The notes under the pieces: model-generated
Told to the model about the DNA's origin: nothing
Database searches by the model: none
Seen by the model: only the letters and a program-made list of their open reading frames with translations
Position numbers and translations under genes: made by a program
From: the human T2T-CHM13v2.0 reference genome, Homo sapiens
Direction: 5' to 3' (one strand)
DNA: 64,000 bases
NCBI RefSeq assembly: GCF_009914755.1
Contig: NC_060928.1
In this document: positions 1 to 17,017 of the stretch, one piece after another
How positions within the stretch are numbered: position 1 is the stretch's first letter
Layout: every line of letters begins with the position of its first letter

Positions 1-3000
1 AAAAGTTTTCTACAAGAGTTTTTGTGGAGATATGTTTTTATTAATCTTGCATAAATACTTTGGTGTGGGAATTGCTGGGGTATGGTATATGTATGTTTGA
101 CTTCTCAGGCAATTAAGGTTACAAAGTAATTTTACCCTCCCATCAGCAGTGTATGAGAGTTCTATTTGCTCCACTTCCTTACTAACCTTTGGTTATGTTA
201 CTCTTTTTCATTTTAGCCAATTTTGACTAGAGATGTTGAGCACTTCTTCCTGTGCTTATTGGCCATTTATGTTTCTTCTGTCATGAAGTGTCTATTAAAA
301 TCTCCTGCCCATTTAAAAATTGTGTTGTTGATCTTTTTGTTACTCAATTGTAGGAATTATTTAGAAACAAATCATTTACCGGATATAATAATAGTGAATA
401 TTTTCTCTGATCTGTGGCTTGCCTATCTTTTTCTTCAGTGTCTTTTGATGAGAAGAACATTTTAACTTGAGGTTGAATTTATCAGTTTAAAAACATTTTA
501 TTAAGGGCTTCTTGCACCAAGAAATATTTTTTTTACTCTATGGTTTTGAAGAAATTTTCTGATGTTTTCTTTTAAAGCTTTATAATTAGTCCATGACTCA
601 TGAAGATTTTTGGGGTATATATGGTGTGAGACATGAGGGTTGAGGTTTGTTTATTTTTTCCCCAGGTGAATAGCCAGTATTTCCATCACCATTTATTGAT
701 AGACTTGCCTCTCATTTAATTGTTTTGGCACCTTCTAAAAAATCACTTGACTGTGCATCTGTAGGTCTATTTCTAGATTCTCTACTCTGTTGCATCTCTT
801 TGTCTGTTCTTTTGCCAGTAACACACTTACCTTGATTACTGTGTCATTAGTCAGGTGGCACAAGTCCTCTGTTCTTTTTAAAACAATTTTGGCTATTGTA
901 GGTCCTTGGTGTTTCCATATAAATTTTAGAATTAATTTATTTTTATAAGAAAACCCCCAAAACCCATAGGTCAATATTGTGAATATAGAACCTTACAGTT
1001 CATGAACTTGATTTTCCATTTATTTAGACTTTCCATTTATCCCAGTAATGTTTTACAGTTTTCAGCATAGAAGTCATGGGCATTTTTTTTTTGGTGTTAA
1101 ATTTTCCTAAATATTTTATGTTTCTGCATGATAATTTAAAATATTTGTTTTACCTTTAATTTCCAACTGGTCACTATTAGCATGTAGAAACATACTTGGT
1201 TTTTGTATCTTACAATATTGCTAAGTGCACTTATTCTGTTAGTTCTGGCAGTTTCTTTAGGATTTTTAAATGTACACAGTGATTTTATATGTGACAAAAA
1301 CAGCCTTAGGGCCAGGCATGGTGGTTGACACCTGTAATCCCAGCACTTTAGAAAGCTGAGGCAGGAAGATCACTTGAGCTCAGGGTTAGAGACCAGCCTA
1401 GGCAATGTAATGAGATAATGAGACCCTGTCTCAAAAAAAAAAAAAAAAAAAAAAAATTAGCCAGGTATGGTGGTATGTGCCTGTAGTCCCAGCTACTCAG
1501 GAGGCTGAGGTGGGAAGACAGTTTGAGCCCAGGAGGTTCAAAGCTGCAGTGAGCCATAATCGTGTCACTGTACTACAGCCTGGGCAACAGAGAGAGACCC
1601 TGTCTCAAAAAAAAAAAAAAGACAGCTTTATTTCTTCCTTTCCAATCTGTATGCTTTTTATTTCTTTTACTTGCCTGCCTACACTGCCTGAGATTGCCTG
1701 TAAAACGTTTGGCAGAAGTGGTGTTATTGGCCATCTTGCCTTGTTCCTGATCTTAGTAGGAAAAGTGTTCATTATTTAAAGTGTAACATTAGCTGAAAAT
1801 TGCTTGTAGATGCCCTTTTCATTTTGAGGAAGTTTTTATTCCCAGTTTTAAGCATGAATTGGTTGGAATTTTGACAAAATGTTTCTCAGTGTCTCTTGAA
1901 ATGATCATTAAATATGTTTCTTTAATCTTTGGATGTGAATTACACTGAATTTTGTAAGTTAACCTCACATTTCTGAGATTAAACTCTACTTGGTCATGAT
2001 GTACTAGCTTTTTGTACCTGCTTCATCCATTTTGCTAGTATTCGGTTAAGGATTTTTAAATTTATGTTCATGAGAGATGTGTGCGTTATGATCTTCATTT
2101 TTTATGTCCTTCTCTGGTTTTGGTACCAAGGTTAAGATGGCTACAGAAGAATTGGGAAGTTTTCCCTTCTTCACTGTTTTTTCATAAATGTGTGTGTCAT
2201 ATTGGTATTAAGTGTTTGAGGTAATTCACCTATGAAGTCATCTTTGCCTAGAGTTTTCTTGGTGAGAAGTTTAAAAATTTTAAATTCATTTTATTTAGAG
2301 GATATAATGATATTCAGATTTTCTATTTTTCTTGGGTTTTGATAAATTGTGGTTTTCAAGGAATTTATTTTCTCTAAATTGTTGACTTTATTGGCATAAA
2401 TGTCATATCTACTTGTTCCTTTCATATCTATAGGATTTATAATGGTAACTTATGCTTGGTAGGGATTTTTGTTTCATATTTTCTTGATAAGTCTTGCCTA
2501 GAGGTTTATCAATTTTGTTAATATTTTCAGAGAATCCATATTAACCACTTTTTATTTCATTTGTTTCTGAATTTATTTTTTTTCAACTTTGGATTTAATT
2601 TTTCTTTTCATTCCCTAAGTTAGAAGCACAGATCATTAATTTTACACCTTGTTTTTGAGATGGGCATTTGAATCTATAAGTTTTCTCCTAAGGACTGTTT
2701 CAGCTGTTTTTATTATAATTCAGTTAAAAATTATTTATTTCCTTATGTGATTAGGCTATAGATCGAAAACGTGATATTTAGAAGTATTTTTTAAAAATTC
2801 CAAATGGCTGGAGATATTCCACATGTAATATTATTGCTTTTTTTCTACTTAAGTATTCTTTTGGTCAGAGAAAACAGTTTATAGTCTATCAATATGTATT
2901 GAATATCGAAAGGATTTTTTTGCATATGTGCATAATGACCCTTTTATGAAATATCTCTGTGCTAATAATTATCTTAAACTCTACCTCTAACAGTAATATA

Positions 3001-3130
3001 GCTACACTTGCTTTCTTATACTGTTCGTACAGCATGTCTTTTTTCACCCTTTTCCTTTTATCTGATTCTTTATGTTTAAACTTTTTTTTATAAACAGCAT
3101 ATACTTGAGTTCTGTTTTTAAAAAAATATG
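1..3130 (-). mobile_element. Old L1 (L1M-type) ORF2/3' relic, interrupted by an AluJ
   Basis: T-rich antisense L1 text; the minus-strand ORF 735-974 (KLILKFIWKHQGPTIAKIVLK...NRVENLEID) resembles L1 ORF2; ends approximate. Confidence 0.75.
1310..1620 (+). mobile_element. AluJ with expanded internal A24 linker (1433-1456)
   Basis: Dimeric Alu starting ggccaggcatggtgg, with poly(A) tail and degenerate TSD (cagcctta/cagcttta). Confidence 0.9.
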
Positions 3131-3169
3131 CTAGCCATTGCTTTTTAAGCAGAGTTTTAGTTTATATAT

Positions 3170-3323
3170 AATAATTATTATTTTATTATTATTACTATTT
3201 TTTTGTAGAGATGGGGTTTTGCTATGTTGCCCAGGCTGGTCTTGAACTCCTGACTTCAAGCCATCTTCCTTCCTTGGCTTCCTAAAGTGCTGTGATTACA
3301 GGCATGAGCCACTATGCCCAGCT
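3170..3323 (-). mobile_element. FLAM/Alu left monomer with (ATT)n tail
   Basis: gtagagatggggttttgctatgttgcccaggctgg...gagccactatgcccagc. Confidence 0.8.
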
Positions 3324-3788
3324 GATCCATATATAATGTTTGATACATATGGGCTTAAATCTGCCATCTTGATTTTGATTTCTAGTTTCCATGTTTGCTT
3401 TTCTTAGTTTTTTTTGCTGTTGCCTTTTCTAATGATTTTTAGTTATGCCTTTTAATGTATTTTTTAGATAGTGTCTCAGAGTATAACATGCATTTTAAAA
3501 TAATCATAATATCTGCCTTCTCAAAAATAAAGACCCTTAGAACAGTGGATGACTTCCAATCATCCTTTCGCTCTCTGTGCTCTTGTTACTATATATTCTA
3601 ATTCTACATACACTATGAATGTGGGAATTACATAGCATTTGAACTACATATGTTATGAAGTAATTATACATGACTACTTTTATTTTATGAAATCAGTAAT
3701 CAGTGGTCTTTTAAAGAAATTTACTGTTTATTTACATACAGGTATATGCATACATGTGGGTGTAACTTTTTTTGGCTATACGTGTATA

Positions 3789-3981
3789 TTTATTTATTTT
3801 TTTGAGACAGAGTCTCGCTCTGTTGCCCAGGCAGCGTGTTCTCAGCTCACTGCTAGCTCTGCCTCCTGGGTTCACGCCATTCTCCTGCCTCAGCCTCCCG
3901 AGAAGCTGGGACTACAGGCGCCTGCCACCACGCCTGGCTAATTTTTTGTATTTTTAGTAGAGATGGGGTTTCACCATGTTA
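3789..3981 (-). mobile_element. 5'-truncated AluY-like element
   Basis: gagacagagtctcgctc...gggttcacgccattctcc; match stops at caccatgtta. Confidence 0.85.
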
Positions 3982-4639
3982 TCTAGAATGGGCCATATTT
4001 TTTTTAACACTAACGTATTTGTCCTTTATGGTTTTCTTTATTCTTTTCTGCAAAACTGGGTTTTTATCTTGTTCCATTTCTTTTAAGTTCCTTAGGCTGC
4101 CTTTAGTTTGAGCATTTCTTGTAATGCCGGTCTGCTAGAGAAGATTTCTTTCCTATTTTGTCTGTCTGAAAATGTCTTTTATATTGCCTTCATTTTTGAT
4201 GGATATAGAATTGTTTTCATAGATTTCCCCTTATACATCTTAAAGAAGTCATTTCATTGTCTTCAGGCTTCCGTTTATTTTCTGATGATAAGTCATCCAT
4301 TTTTCTTATCAGTCTCTCCTCTCTCCTCTGTTGTCTTTCTCTCTTGCTGCTTTCCTTATTTCTTTTTAAATAATTTTTATGATTTTTTTTTTTGCCTTGC
4401 CCAGGGTTCCATTGAGGTTCTTGGATGTGTAGGTTTGATATTTCTTACTGCCCGGTTTAGAAAATCTTAGTCATTATCTCTTCAAATGTGTCTTCTACTC
4501 CATTTTCTGTTTATTTTTTGGGATTCGAATTACCTTATGTCAGAGCATTTGATACTGCCCCTGGAGATTTCAGATTCTCTGTTTCACTTTTCCCACCTGA
4601 TTTCCATTTGTGTGTGTTTGGATCATTTCTGTCCATCTT

Positions 4640-4920
4640 CAAAACCATTCAGTAGGAAGTTTCAAACCTTCCCACATCTTCCTGTCTTCTTCTGAGCCCT
4701 CCAAACTGTTTCAGCCTCTGCCTAGGTTATCTTTAGAGAGAAAGAGAGATGGGGTGGGGTGGGATGGGTTGAGGAACTGCCAAACACTTTTAAACCACCA
4801 GATCTTGTGAGAACTCAATCACTATCAGGAGAGCAGCACGGGGGAACCACTCCTGTGATCCATCACCTTATACCTTACACCAGATCCCGTTCTCGACATG
4901 TGGGGATTACAATTCGAGAA
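4640..4920 (-). mobile_element. MaLR (MST/THE1) internal fragment joined to a partial LTR
   Basis: cccacatcttcctgtcttcttctgagccctccaaactg (MaLR internal), then aaaccaccagatcttgtgagaactc...gattacaattcgag (LTR). Confidence 0.7.
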
Positions 4921-5232
4921 ACCCTCCAGGCAGGCCATGCCATCTCTGAGTAGGACACAGAGTAGGTGGATTAGGACACAGAGTAGCCCATTGGATCCAC
5001 CTCAGGGTGGTCTCTCAGTCCTGCTCTCAGACTTCCTCATGAGCGCTTGAGGTCCCACGGACAAGAGTTGGAGGGTGGGTTCAGACTCTCTGTGTCTAGG
5101 TCTCCTAGGAATTCTAAACATCACACCAGCCTGTGTTCTACCTTTAAAATTTTGTTAAAATTCCACTGTTTTCTTTGTCTGTGATGGTTTCCTCTTTGTC
5201 TTGCTGCTCCACCATGGATGAAAGCAGCTGGG

Positions 5233-5288
5233 GTGTGTGTGTGTGTGCATGCGTGTGTGTGTGTGTGTCTGTGTCTGTGTCTGTGTGT
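5233..5288. repeat. Compound (TG)n/(TCTGTG)n microsatellite
   Basis: Read directly from the sequence. Confidence 0.9.
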
Positions 5289-6743
5289 CTTTGTCTTCTG
5301 TCCAGGGAGTGGCTTGTCACTCTTTGGATTTTCATTCATTAGGTCTTTTTTACATCTTTGCTCTTAAATGAGTTTTTGAAAAACAATGGTTTCATAGGTT
5401 CTCCATCTTGTTCTTATTGGTAGAGTGGGAATGATGTTCTCTGATAATTTTTTACATTCCAGGTGGAAGCAACAGTTCTCTAATGATTAATTGCTTGAAT
5501 TCACTTTCATTGGAACATACAATCTTCTGACTGTCATTGCTCGTGTGCTCTATTAGAAACTTTTTTTTTTGGTGAACAGAAGAAAGAAGTTACTATAAAG
5601 ACTTGACCTTGAGTAAAATTAGGCAACATGCTTTTATCATCTCTGGAAAAAAATGCATGATTCATAGATTTATACTTTGTTTTTTTCCCAGAAACTCTAT
5701 GAGAAACTGATTACATTTCTATAACTTTAAAAACTTTTTTTGGCTTCAGCAGTTTCCCCTTCTCATAATAAAATGTAGGGCAGAACTTGTTACGTGCTGG
5801 GTTTTTTTTTTTTTTCCTTTTCAACATTCCTCTTAGAAAAGCAATAGAATATTCCTGATTGTTACCATTATAAGTTTTGATATCTGCTTCTTTGTTTATT
5901 CACTTAAGTGCTACTCTGTTTACAATAATGTCTCCTTAGACTTGTGAATGTTTCTCTCTGCTTTTTTCGTTGTGTATTTTCTGAATTTATAAGCTCAGTA
6001 ATCTGTCACTTAAAACACAAGGGTAAAGCCTGTCTTCTACATGGTTTGATAGAGCCATAGAACATGCAGTTGAAAGAGACTTAATAGATACAGAGTGAAA
6101 TGTAGAATACAGATAATAGGCAGTTTCTTATGCTTGGGCTGAGGGTGGTGCCTGATTGGTGATACCATGTATTTGTATTTGTATTTTTTTTCTGAATGAA
6201 TGAATGAAAGAGGTTGAGATGCTGATTTATGAATTTAAGAATTCTTTTAAAAAGAATTTATGAATTTAAGAACTTGTTTAATATTGTTTCTTCAGATTCC
6301 AATTCCCAAACTTAGGTACTACAGATAATAATTAGGGTTTTAGATAAAGATTATCCTGGCAGCTTGCCCTTTTTCACTTGGTTTATTTTTTTTGTTCATG
6401 AAATTTATACTTTTGCCTGTGTATTCACCAGGAATCAGTTCTGACTTGCTGTATGTGATGAGTTATCCAGAGCTTAAAATGGTATCTGGAACTTAGTAGG
6501 TACTCAGATTGTAGTGTGGTTTAAGTGAATTATTAGGTGAGTGAGAAAATGGCAGTGTTCTCAGCTGAACCAGTAGAATGCATTGCAGCAATATGGCTCC
6601 AAGAACCCCCAGTCGGAACTTTCTCAGTTCTAATTCTTGCTCTAATGGAGTCACTAGTGTTAGCTTCTCCATGAAACAAAGATGTGATTGCTATTTTTTC
6701 CCTCCTTCCTCCCTTTCCACCCTTCTCTGTCTATAAATAAATT

Positions 6744-6772
6744 CAACAACAACAACAACAACAACAACAACA
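6744..6772. repeat. (CAA)9 microsatellite, followed by an antisense Alu monomer fragment (about 6777-6860)
   Basis: Read directly from the sequence. Confidence 0.9.
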
Positions 6773-8300
6773 CGCCTTGAGACAGGTTCTTGTTATTTTG
6801 CCCAGGCTGGTCTCAAACTCCTGGGTTCAAGCAATCCTCCTGCCTCAGCTTCCCAAAGTTTATTTTTTATTTAAATGCGAATAATCCAATATACTTTGCA
6901 AAGTTTTCTGTTCTTTACTATTCTGAGATTCACCATATTTCCTTTACATCCATTAAATTTTATTAATAAAATATGTCCTTTGTTTCAAAAACTACAGAAT
7001 TTTTATATTTTGGTTTAACAGTGTGTTGCTATTGATTTTGGCAGTTTGAAATGTGTCCAATGTTTCTCAAAGTCTCATTCTTTCTTAGTGATGTCCTAAG
7101 CAATTGATTATGAGAAAAGAAAAACTTGAGAAATTTGAAATGGTTGAAACATGTTCTAGCAAACGTTTTATTTTTCCTACACTAATACTTTAGAGGCAGG
7201 GAATCAGTAAATAGAAAATGAATATGAGCAGTCTTTGTGAGAGGGTGGGAACCCAGCCTTATTTAATACTAGTGGCTGATCCCTTTAATGTTAAAGTAAT
7301 GCGTTGCAAGTGTGAAGTGTTCTGAAGAATGTAGACTGTGATGAGTTAATTCTCAATAGTGGAACTGTTTTGAGTTATCATTACATTATTTGCCAAAATA
7401 TAAACAAATGGAATTCTTTCCTTGTGAATGATCCATTTCTACTTAATCTCTCATCTTTCAACAAATTTGTTCTCTGCTGGCTTCCACAAAGGGCTGTGTG
7501 GCTCAAGTTTGAGTCGTTGTGCTTGGAGGCAAGACATATAATACTACTTTACTTTTTAAGCTTCTTTGGATTTTTATCCAGAAATAATATGGCTGTTTAA
7601 TCTGAAGCCTGATAATTGCTTTTTCCCTTACTTCAGTATTTGTACTTCTAGTCATAACTCTTTAAGCCCTTCATCATTCAACAGTTATTTCTGTGTTTTA
7701 GGTTACTAGAATCAGTCATTCTTCCTGTCCAGCATCTGTATTTGCTGCTCTATGTGTAACTGGTGAAGAATATACAACCATCTATCTTGAGTTAATATTA
7801 TTTTTCCTCCACATATGAGCATCAGTGGAAAACTTTAGGGGAAAACAAAAAGGAACTAGAGAGGACAAGGAATTTCCTTAGGCTCATGGCCGACTTTGAG
7901 AGTGTAAGTATATGTAAGTATATTAGGTCCTTACTTGCTGCAGTGGTTCGTGATTGTCACTGAATTCCTTTACTAGTTACTGATGGTATATTGTAGTTGG
8001 TCTGTCTTCTATTTGTTATTCTTGGAGCAACAGCTTTCATACTCATCATTTTGTTGCCCATGACATGTAGAAGCACTTCTGGAATATTTCCCAAGCCCAT
8101 TCATTGTTTCTTTTTTCATTTTTGCCATTTTGTATCATCCTTTTAGTCTTCTAATATGTTTTTGCATTCAACTCTTGCCTATCTTCAGTCCATTCTCCAC
8201 CCAGCAACCAGACTGTTCATGTGCAATTTTAACCTGATCTGGCTGTTCCCCTACTAAAAACCTTTAGTGGCACTTAGGATAAATTAAATCCTTAGCATGG

Positions 8301-9040
<740 letters not shown>

Positions 9041-9234
9041 CATGGCCAGGGAGGCCCTGTGTGGCTGGACCCCAGTCTGCCTCCACAGCTTTCTGTTGTG
9101 CCACTCTCCAGCAGGCTCATGGCGCCAGTGAGGAGGCTGATCTTAGCTCCTCCAGAGTGTGCTTTTGGTCTTCTATGCACCTTCTCAGCTTAGGGGACAA
9201 CTCTGCATTCAAAAAAAACTTTTCTGAGAGACTA

Positions 9235-10132
9235 CTTTTTAAAGAGTAGTTTTCAGTTCACAGTCAGAAGAGGAAGATAGAGATTTTCCTTATTCCCCCC
9301 AACTCCCACACATGCATAGCATTCCCCATTATCAACACCCCCACCAGAATGCTGCATTTGTTAGAACTGTGGAACCTACCTTGACATATCATAATCACCC
9401 AAAATTCATAGTTTACATTAGGGCTCACTCTTGGATTGTACATTTTATGGGTTTGCCCAAATGTGTACTGAATGTATCCATCATTCTAGTATCATACAGA
9501 AGATTTCACTGCCCTAAAAATCTTGTGCTCCACCTGTTCATCCCTTTCCCTCCAGTCCCTGGCAACCAGTGATCTTTTTACTGTCTCTGTAGTTTGACCT
9601 TTTCCAGAGTGTCATCTACTTGAATCACACAGTGTGTAGACTTTTCAGATAGGCTTCTTTCACTGAGTAGCATACATTTAAGCTCCCTCCATGTCTTCTC
9701 ATGGCTCAGTAGCTCATTTCTTTTTAGCACCGAATAATACTCCATTGTCAGGATGTACTACAGTTTATTCATTCACCTTCTGAGGACATCTTGGCTGCTT
9801 CAAAGTTTTGGTGGTTGTGAGTCAAACATAATTTGGTAGTTGTGAATAAACATCCATGTGCAGGTTCTTGTGTAGACATAGTTTTCAGTTCCTTTAGGTA
9901 ACTGCCAAGGAATGTGATTGCTGTGTCCTACAGTAAAAATGTTTTTACTTTTGTAAGAAACAACCAGACTTTGAAAGTGTACCATTTTGCATTGCCACCA
10001 GCAATGAATAAGAGTTCCTGTTGCTCCACATCCTCTTCAACATTTGGTGTTGTCAGTGTTTTGGGTTTTGGCTGTTCTAGTGAGTGTGTTGTATTTCATT
10101 TTAATTTGCATTGCCTTGATGACATCTGATAG
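9235..10132 (-). mobile_element. L1MC1-like 3' end
   Basis: Characteristic 3'UTR text (ccccattatcaacacccccaccagaat, gtttacattagggctcactcttgg); resumes briefly after the L1PA TSD at about 12045. Confidence 0.75.
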
Positions 10133-10147
10133 GGTGCATCTTTTCTT

Positions 10148-12484
<2,337 letters not shown>

Positions 12485-12565
12485 TGGTTACAACAGTTAA
12501 ATCTTAGGAAAAACTTGCCTTTTCGTGGCCAAGGGGTAACCTGATATGTTACTGGTGTCTTTCAG

Positions 12566-12647
12566 GCCTGGCGTTTCCTTGACCATGCAGGCATTTTCCG
12601 AAGAGGAAAGGAAGCAGTGGTTGGAAGCTCTGGGTGGAAAGGAAGCT
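12566..12647 (+). CDS. ARHGAP10: ARHGAP10 coding exon (probably exon 11), C-terminal helix of the PH domain, 82 nt
   Basis: tttcag|G CCT GGC ... GAA GCT|gtaaga; encodes (R)PGVSLTMQAFSEEERKQWLEALGGKEA with the conserved PH-domain Trp; phase 2 to 0. Confidence 0.95.
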
Positions 12648-13651
12648 GTAAGAATAATCAATGGTTGAGTTTTATTTCAAAGCCTTTAGAGTTGACTTGC
12701 ATTCATTTTTATGTTATTTTTGTGTAGTATTTGAGAAAAGTTCCCTTCTGTAACAGGTATTCCAAAAATCATCGTGGAAGCATTCAACATTCTAGTAATT
12801 TGGGTTGGGCGAGCAGCAGTACATATAAGACTAGTGTATCATTAGTTTTTATTTCTGTATTTTCTTGACTTGCCACTCTGATTTGCTTTGCTTGAGGAGG
12901 TCATCTAAATTCTCAATTTCATCTTTCCTACTTGACAGTACTTTGGATGATGAACACAATAAATGCCTGCAATGCATTTTGATCTCAGTGGAGATGGAAC
13001 AGGAAATGTGAGATAGTGCAGGCAATATTATAGGTGACTGCTGTAATTGTTTTGCTTGATGTAACAATTTAAAGTTTCATCTAGTAGTTTACAGTATGCA
13101 GTATTATGTAGCCTTAGTGGATGGGCCTCGGTATTCAGAGTGCTTTGAGGAATAAATTGAAGGTAGTGGTATAGATCCAGAGGCACCAAGATTCAGTCTG
13201 TTGGCCACTATTGAAACACTACTTTCATTTTGATGGACTAGTGGCTTTTGAGAGTTGAGAATGTGGCAGATCATGTATTGGGGATTTAGTGAGGATAATT
13301 GTAGAAAACGCCACAGAACCAATTTAAATAAACTCTACTTAAAGTATTATGTATGACTCTAAATAAACTGCCATTGCAGGTGCCAGGCAGGCTTATCTGG
13401 AAAGCATTTGCCAGTTCAGCATTGTTGAGGGAAAAAAAAAGAGAATGGTTTGAAAGTAGAGGAGGGATCATGTAGAGCAGAAACAGGTTTCAGAATAGAG
13501 CTTATGAAATGGGCAAAAGCTAATGTTATCTTGTGGTAACAGAGAGCGCATTGGTGAGTGTATAGGAAAAGAGAGCAAGGAGGCTGATCAGTAGCGCATG
13601 TGGCAATCTTGAAGTACATGGAAAATGAAAACCTAAATTAACATAGTATAA

Positions 13652-14099
<448 letters not shown>

Positions 14100-14867
14100 T
14101 GAAATTTTTAGCTGTGAATCAAGAGTATTTACAGTGTTTATGGTTACTGAGACTCCAAAACAGGTTATACTAGTCTTCTTTAGTAAAGACAGCACACTCA
14201 CTGGAATGTATCGCCCCAGAGATGCAGGAAGTATATTGGATTTGCATCCATTAAAATACAGAAAAAAAATAATGGTACTTTGGAAAGTCAGTTTGCGTAG
14301 CGAAAAGACTAAGTCATTGAAAAATGAGTCTGTTGGCAATGTCAGTGTAACCTTCAAGACGTATATAACCTCTCTTTTAGAGTCAGGAGCCAAGTGATTA
14401 GTTCAGAGATACACAGACAAAGGCAAGTCTGCAGAAAAACAATATTCAGCTATGTATTTATATGGGGACACTGAAGGGACTGCATATTTTTGGTGGGTGT
14501 TGTAAGCCTTGCAAATAATTTGCCAGCCTTACAGTTCTTAAAGGTTGCCTAGAATTATCACCGTGCTATTTCTGCTGTACTTACTTAAATTATGGGCAGG
14601 AGTTATCTCTTTAGGTAAATACTGATTTTTTGAAATATTGGTGAAAACATGAGCTCCATCTTAATGGTTAGAATACAGCAGTTTCCTTATCACTCCATAG
14701 CTGTACGGCTGAGTATTTCAAGTATACACAAATTTTCAATAAGTCCCTTTTAAGGACCCTGCCCCCTTTATCTTATTTTTGCTCATTTGGTATACCTCAG
14801 GGAGAGAAAAAGTAGTCTCAGAGATGTTCCTTTTTGTTATTTATCTTTGCATCTGAGCATATGATAG

Positions 14868-15541
14868 TGTGTTATTAACTGAGAAAACACAGCGCACTAT
14901 CTGCCTGAAGTTAGTGTTGGATCCCACATGTTTAGAGCTCACTCCCACAAGACTGCCTGAGTTCAGGTGCCCATCACAAGTCTGGACCCTCCCATACTTC
15001 TGGCTAACTGGCTATAAATTGGGGGTTCCCGTGAACCCCTCATCAGTTTAATAATTTGCCAGATTAGCTCACAGAACTGAGAGAAATACTTATATTTAGT
15101 AGTACATTATAAAAGTTACAACTCTGCAAGGGCCCAGTGGAAGAGATGCATAGGATAAAGTCTGAAGTGAGGTTGAGGTGGGTGCACGGAGCCCCCATGC
15201 CCTCAGTGGGTACACCAGCCTCCCAGCACTTCCTCATGTTCACCAACATGGAAGCTTATCAGAGCTTGTTGTTTCAGAACTCAATTGCCAGCTCACTGCT
15301 GAAGAGATTGGTGGGTAGGGCTGAAAGAAATATCAGTGGGTCTTTGTGGTATTCAGCCCCATCCTGAGATGGCCTATCCAGGGGCTCTATAAGAAGTCAC
15401 CTCATTAGCATAAACTCACATGTGACCAAAAGGATCTTGTTATGAATAACAAAAGATGTTCTTATTACTCAGGAAATCCCAAGAGTTTAGATGCTCTGTG
15501 TCAGGAAGTGGGGATGCAGACCAATTTCTTATTCTATCACA
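14868..15541 (-). mobile_element. MER21-family LTR
   Basis: ctggctataaattgggggttccc, gaagagatgcatagg, ctcattagcataaac, caggaaatcccaagagtttag...tatcaca; ends about 120 nt before the exon at 15660. Confidence 0.75.
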
Positions 15542-15659
15542 TTAACCAGAATCAAGCTTATAAAAATGTATTTTTTTTTGTATGGTCCTCAGTGTGCCTA
15601 CTTGAATAATTTTTGCTGATTTGATTAAAAAATTCTGTTTTTCCATTCTCTTTTATTAG

Positions 15660-15705
15660 CTGTCCCATAGTTTTAATACAGCCATCATCCCAAGACCAGA
15701 AGGAA
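15660..15705 (+). CDS. ARHGAP10: ARHGAP10 coding exon (probably exon 12), PH-GAP linker, 46 nt
   Basis: ttttattag|CTG TCC CAT ... GAA GGA A|gtaagt; [15 protein letters not shown]; phase 0 to 1, compatible with both neighbours. Confidence 0.93.
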
Positions 15706-15939
15706 GTAAGTGCTCATTTATAAAAATGATTGTATCCTCCTTTTCCATCTATTACTTTGTGTACATTATGCATGTCAAGCTGTTGCTGGGAGCTTACTCT
15801 CTGCACCCTCTATTAGACAGAGGGGTATTACACGTAATAATCCTCTGTTGCATGTGTTCTGTTTTACTCAACGGGGACCTCCTCAACATTTCTTGGACTA
15901 CTGTAGCCCTTGTTGATCTTTCCCATCTGTGGGCTTTTC

Positions 15940-16250
15940 TTTTCTTTTTTTTTGATACAAAGTCTTGCTCTGTTGCCCAGGCTGCAGTGCAGTGGCATGG
16001 TCTTGGATCCCTGCAGCTTCAACCTCCTGGGCTCAAGTGATCCTCCCACTTCAGTCTCCTGAGTAGCTGGGACTACAGGCATGTACCACCATACCTGGCC
16101 AATTGTTTTTATTTTTAATTTTTTTGTTGTTGTTGAGATGGGATCTTGCTATGTTGTCCAGGCTGGTCTCAAACTCCTGGGGTCAAGTGATCCTCCTACC
16201 TCTGCCTTCCAAAGTGCTGAGATTACAGGCGTGAGTCACCTTGCCTGGCC
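15940..16250 (-). mobile_element. AluJ
   Basis: Antisense dimer with TSD t(g/a)tgggctttt. Confidence 0.88.
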
Positions 16251-16850
16251 TATGGGCTTTTTTGTGAGTCTTTCTCAAAAAAAAAAAAATTGTACAAAAT
16301 ACTTTCTCTACATTTACTTTAATGTTTATTAACAATCACATAAGAGTTTCAAGTATGCAACCTTCAACTTCTTGTCTGAGTTAACTCCTGTGGGTAAGAG
16401 CTGTTTATATCGAGGCCCTGTTTCCTAGCCTTGATATGCTTTATCTTTGTAGTGTTTGACTACAGGCTATACAGATAGTTTATCAGTGCACCTTGGACAA
16501 TAGCAACAACAATTAAATTTATTCAAATATTCAAGGACAACGATCTTCACATGCCACTGCTGTACTTGAAGAAAATGAAACATGCCCAGCTCTGTACCCT
16601 TGATTTTTTTTTTTAACTTACATAAAAACGTGATCAGATCTGCTGGGTTCCTGATGAATTTACTTTTGACATATTTGGAAAAATTAAGCTACATTTATCA
16701 AATGTCCACAGTTTGTAAACACTGTGGTTATGTAACATAGGATTCCAATATAATTGTGATCACTTGAGCCAGTGTTTGAATAAAACACAACTCTTGTAGC
16801 CTGGCACTGGTGATGGACAGGATGCCACAAGCAGCACATCCCCTGAGGCA

Positions 16851-17017
16851 CCTTCTTACCCCTCTTCCTTCTTCCCTTCTCCCTCTCTCCTTTGTTCTTT
16901 TCTTCTTCTGACACCTTTTCTTCCTTCCTCCCTCCTCCTCTTCCTCCCTTTTCTTTCCCTTTCCTCATTCCCTCCTCTCCCCTTTCTCTTTCCTTCTTTT
17001 CTCTTTTTCCCTTCTTA
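16851..17017 (+). repeat. About 165-nt CT-rich polypyrimidine tract
   Basis: Read directly; no AG dinucleotide from 16848 until the CAG at 17021-17023. Confidence 0.9.

Noticed and set aside
650-671. Pyrimidine-AG|GT recursive-splice-like motifs (also at 27606, 48082 and 53656)
   Set aside because: Such motifs are frequent by chance in T-rich introns. Validated human recursive sites are mostly in much longer introns, and there is no supporting evidence here.
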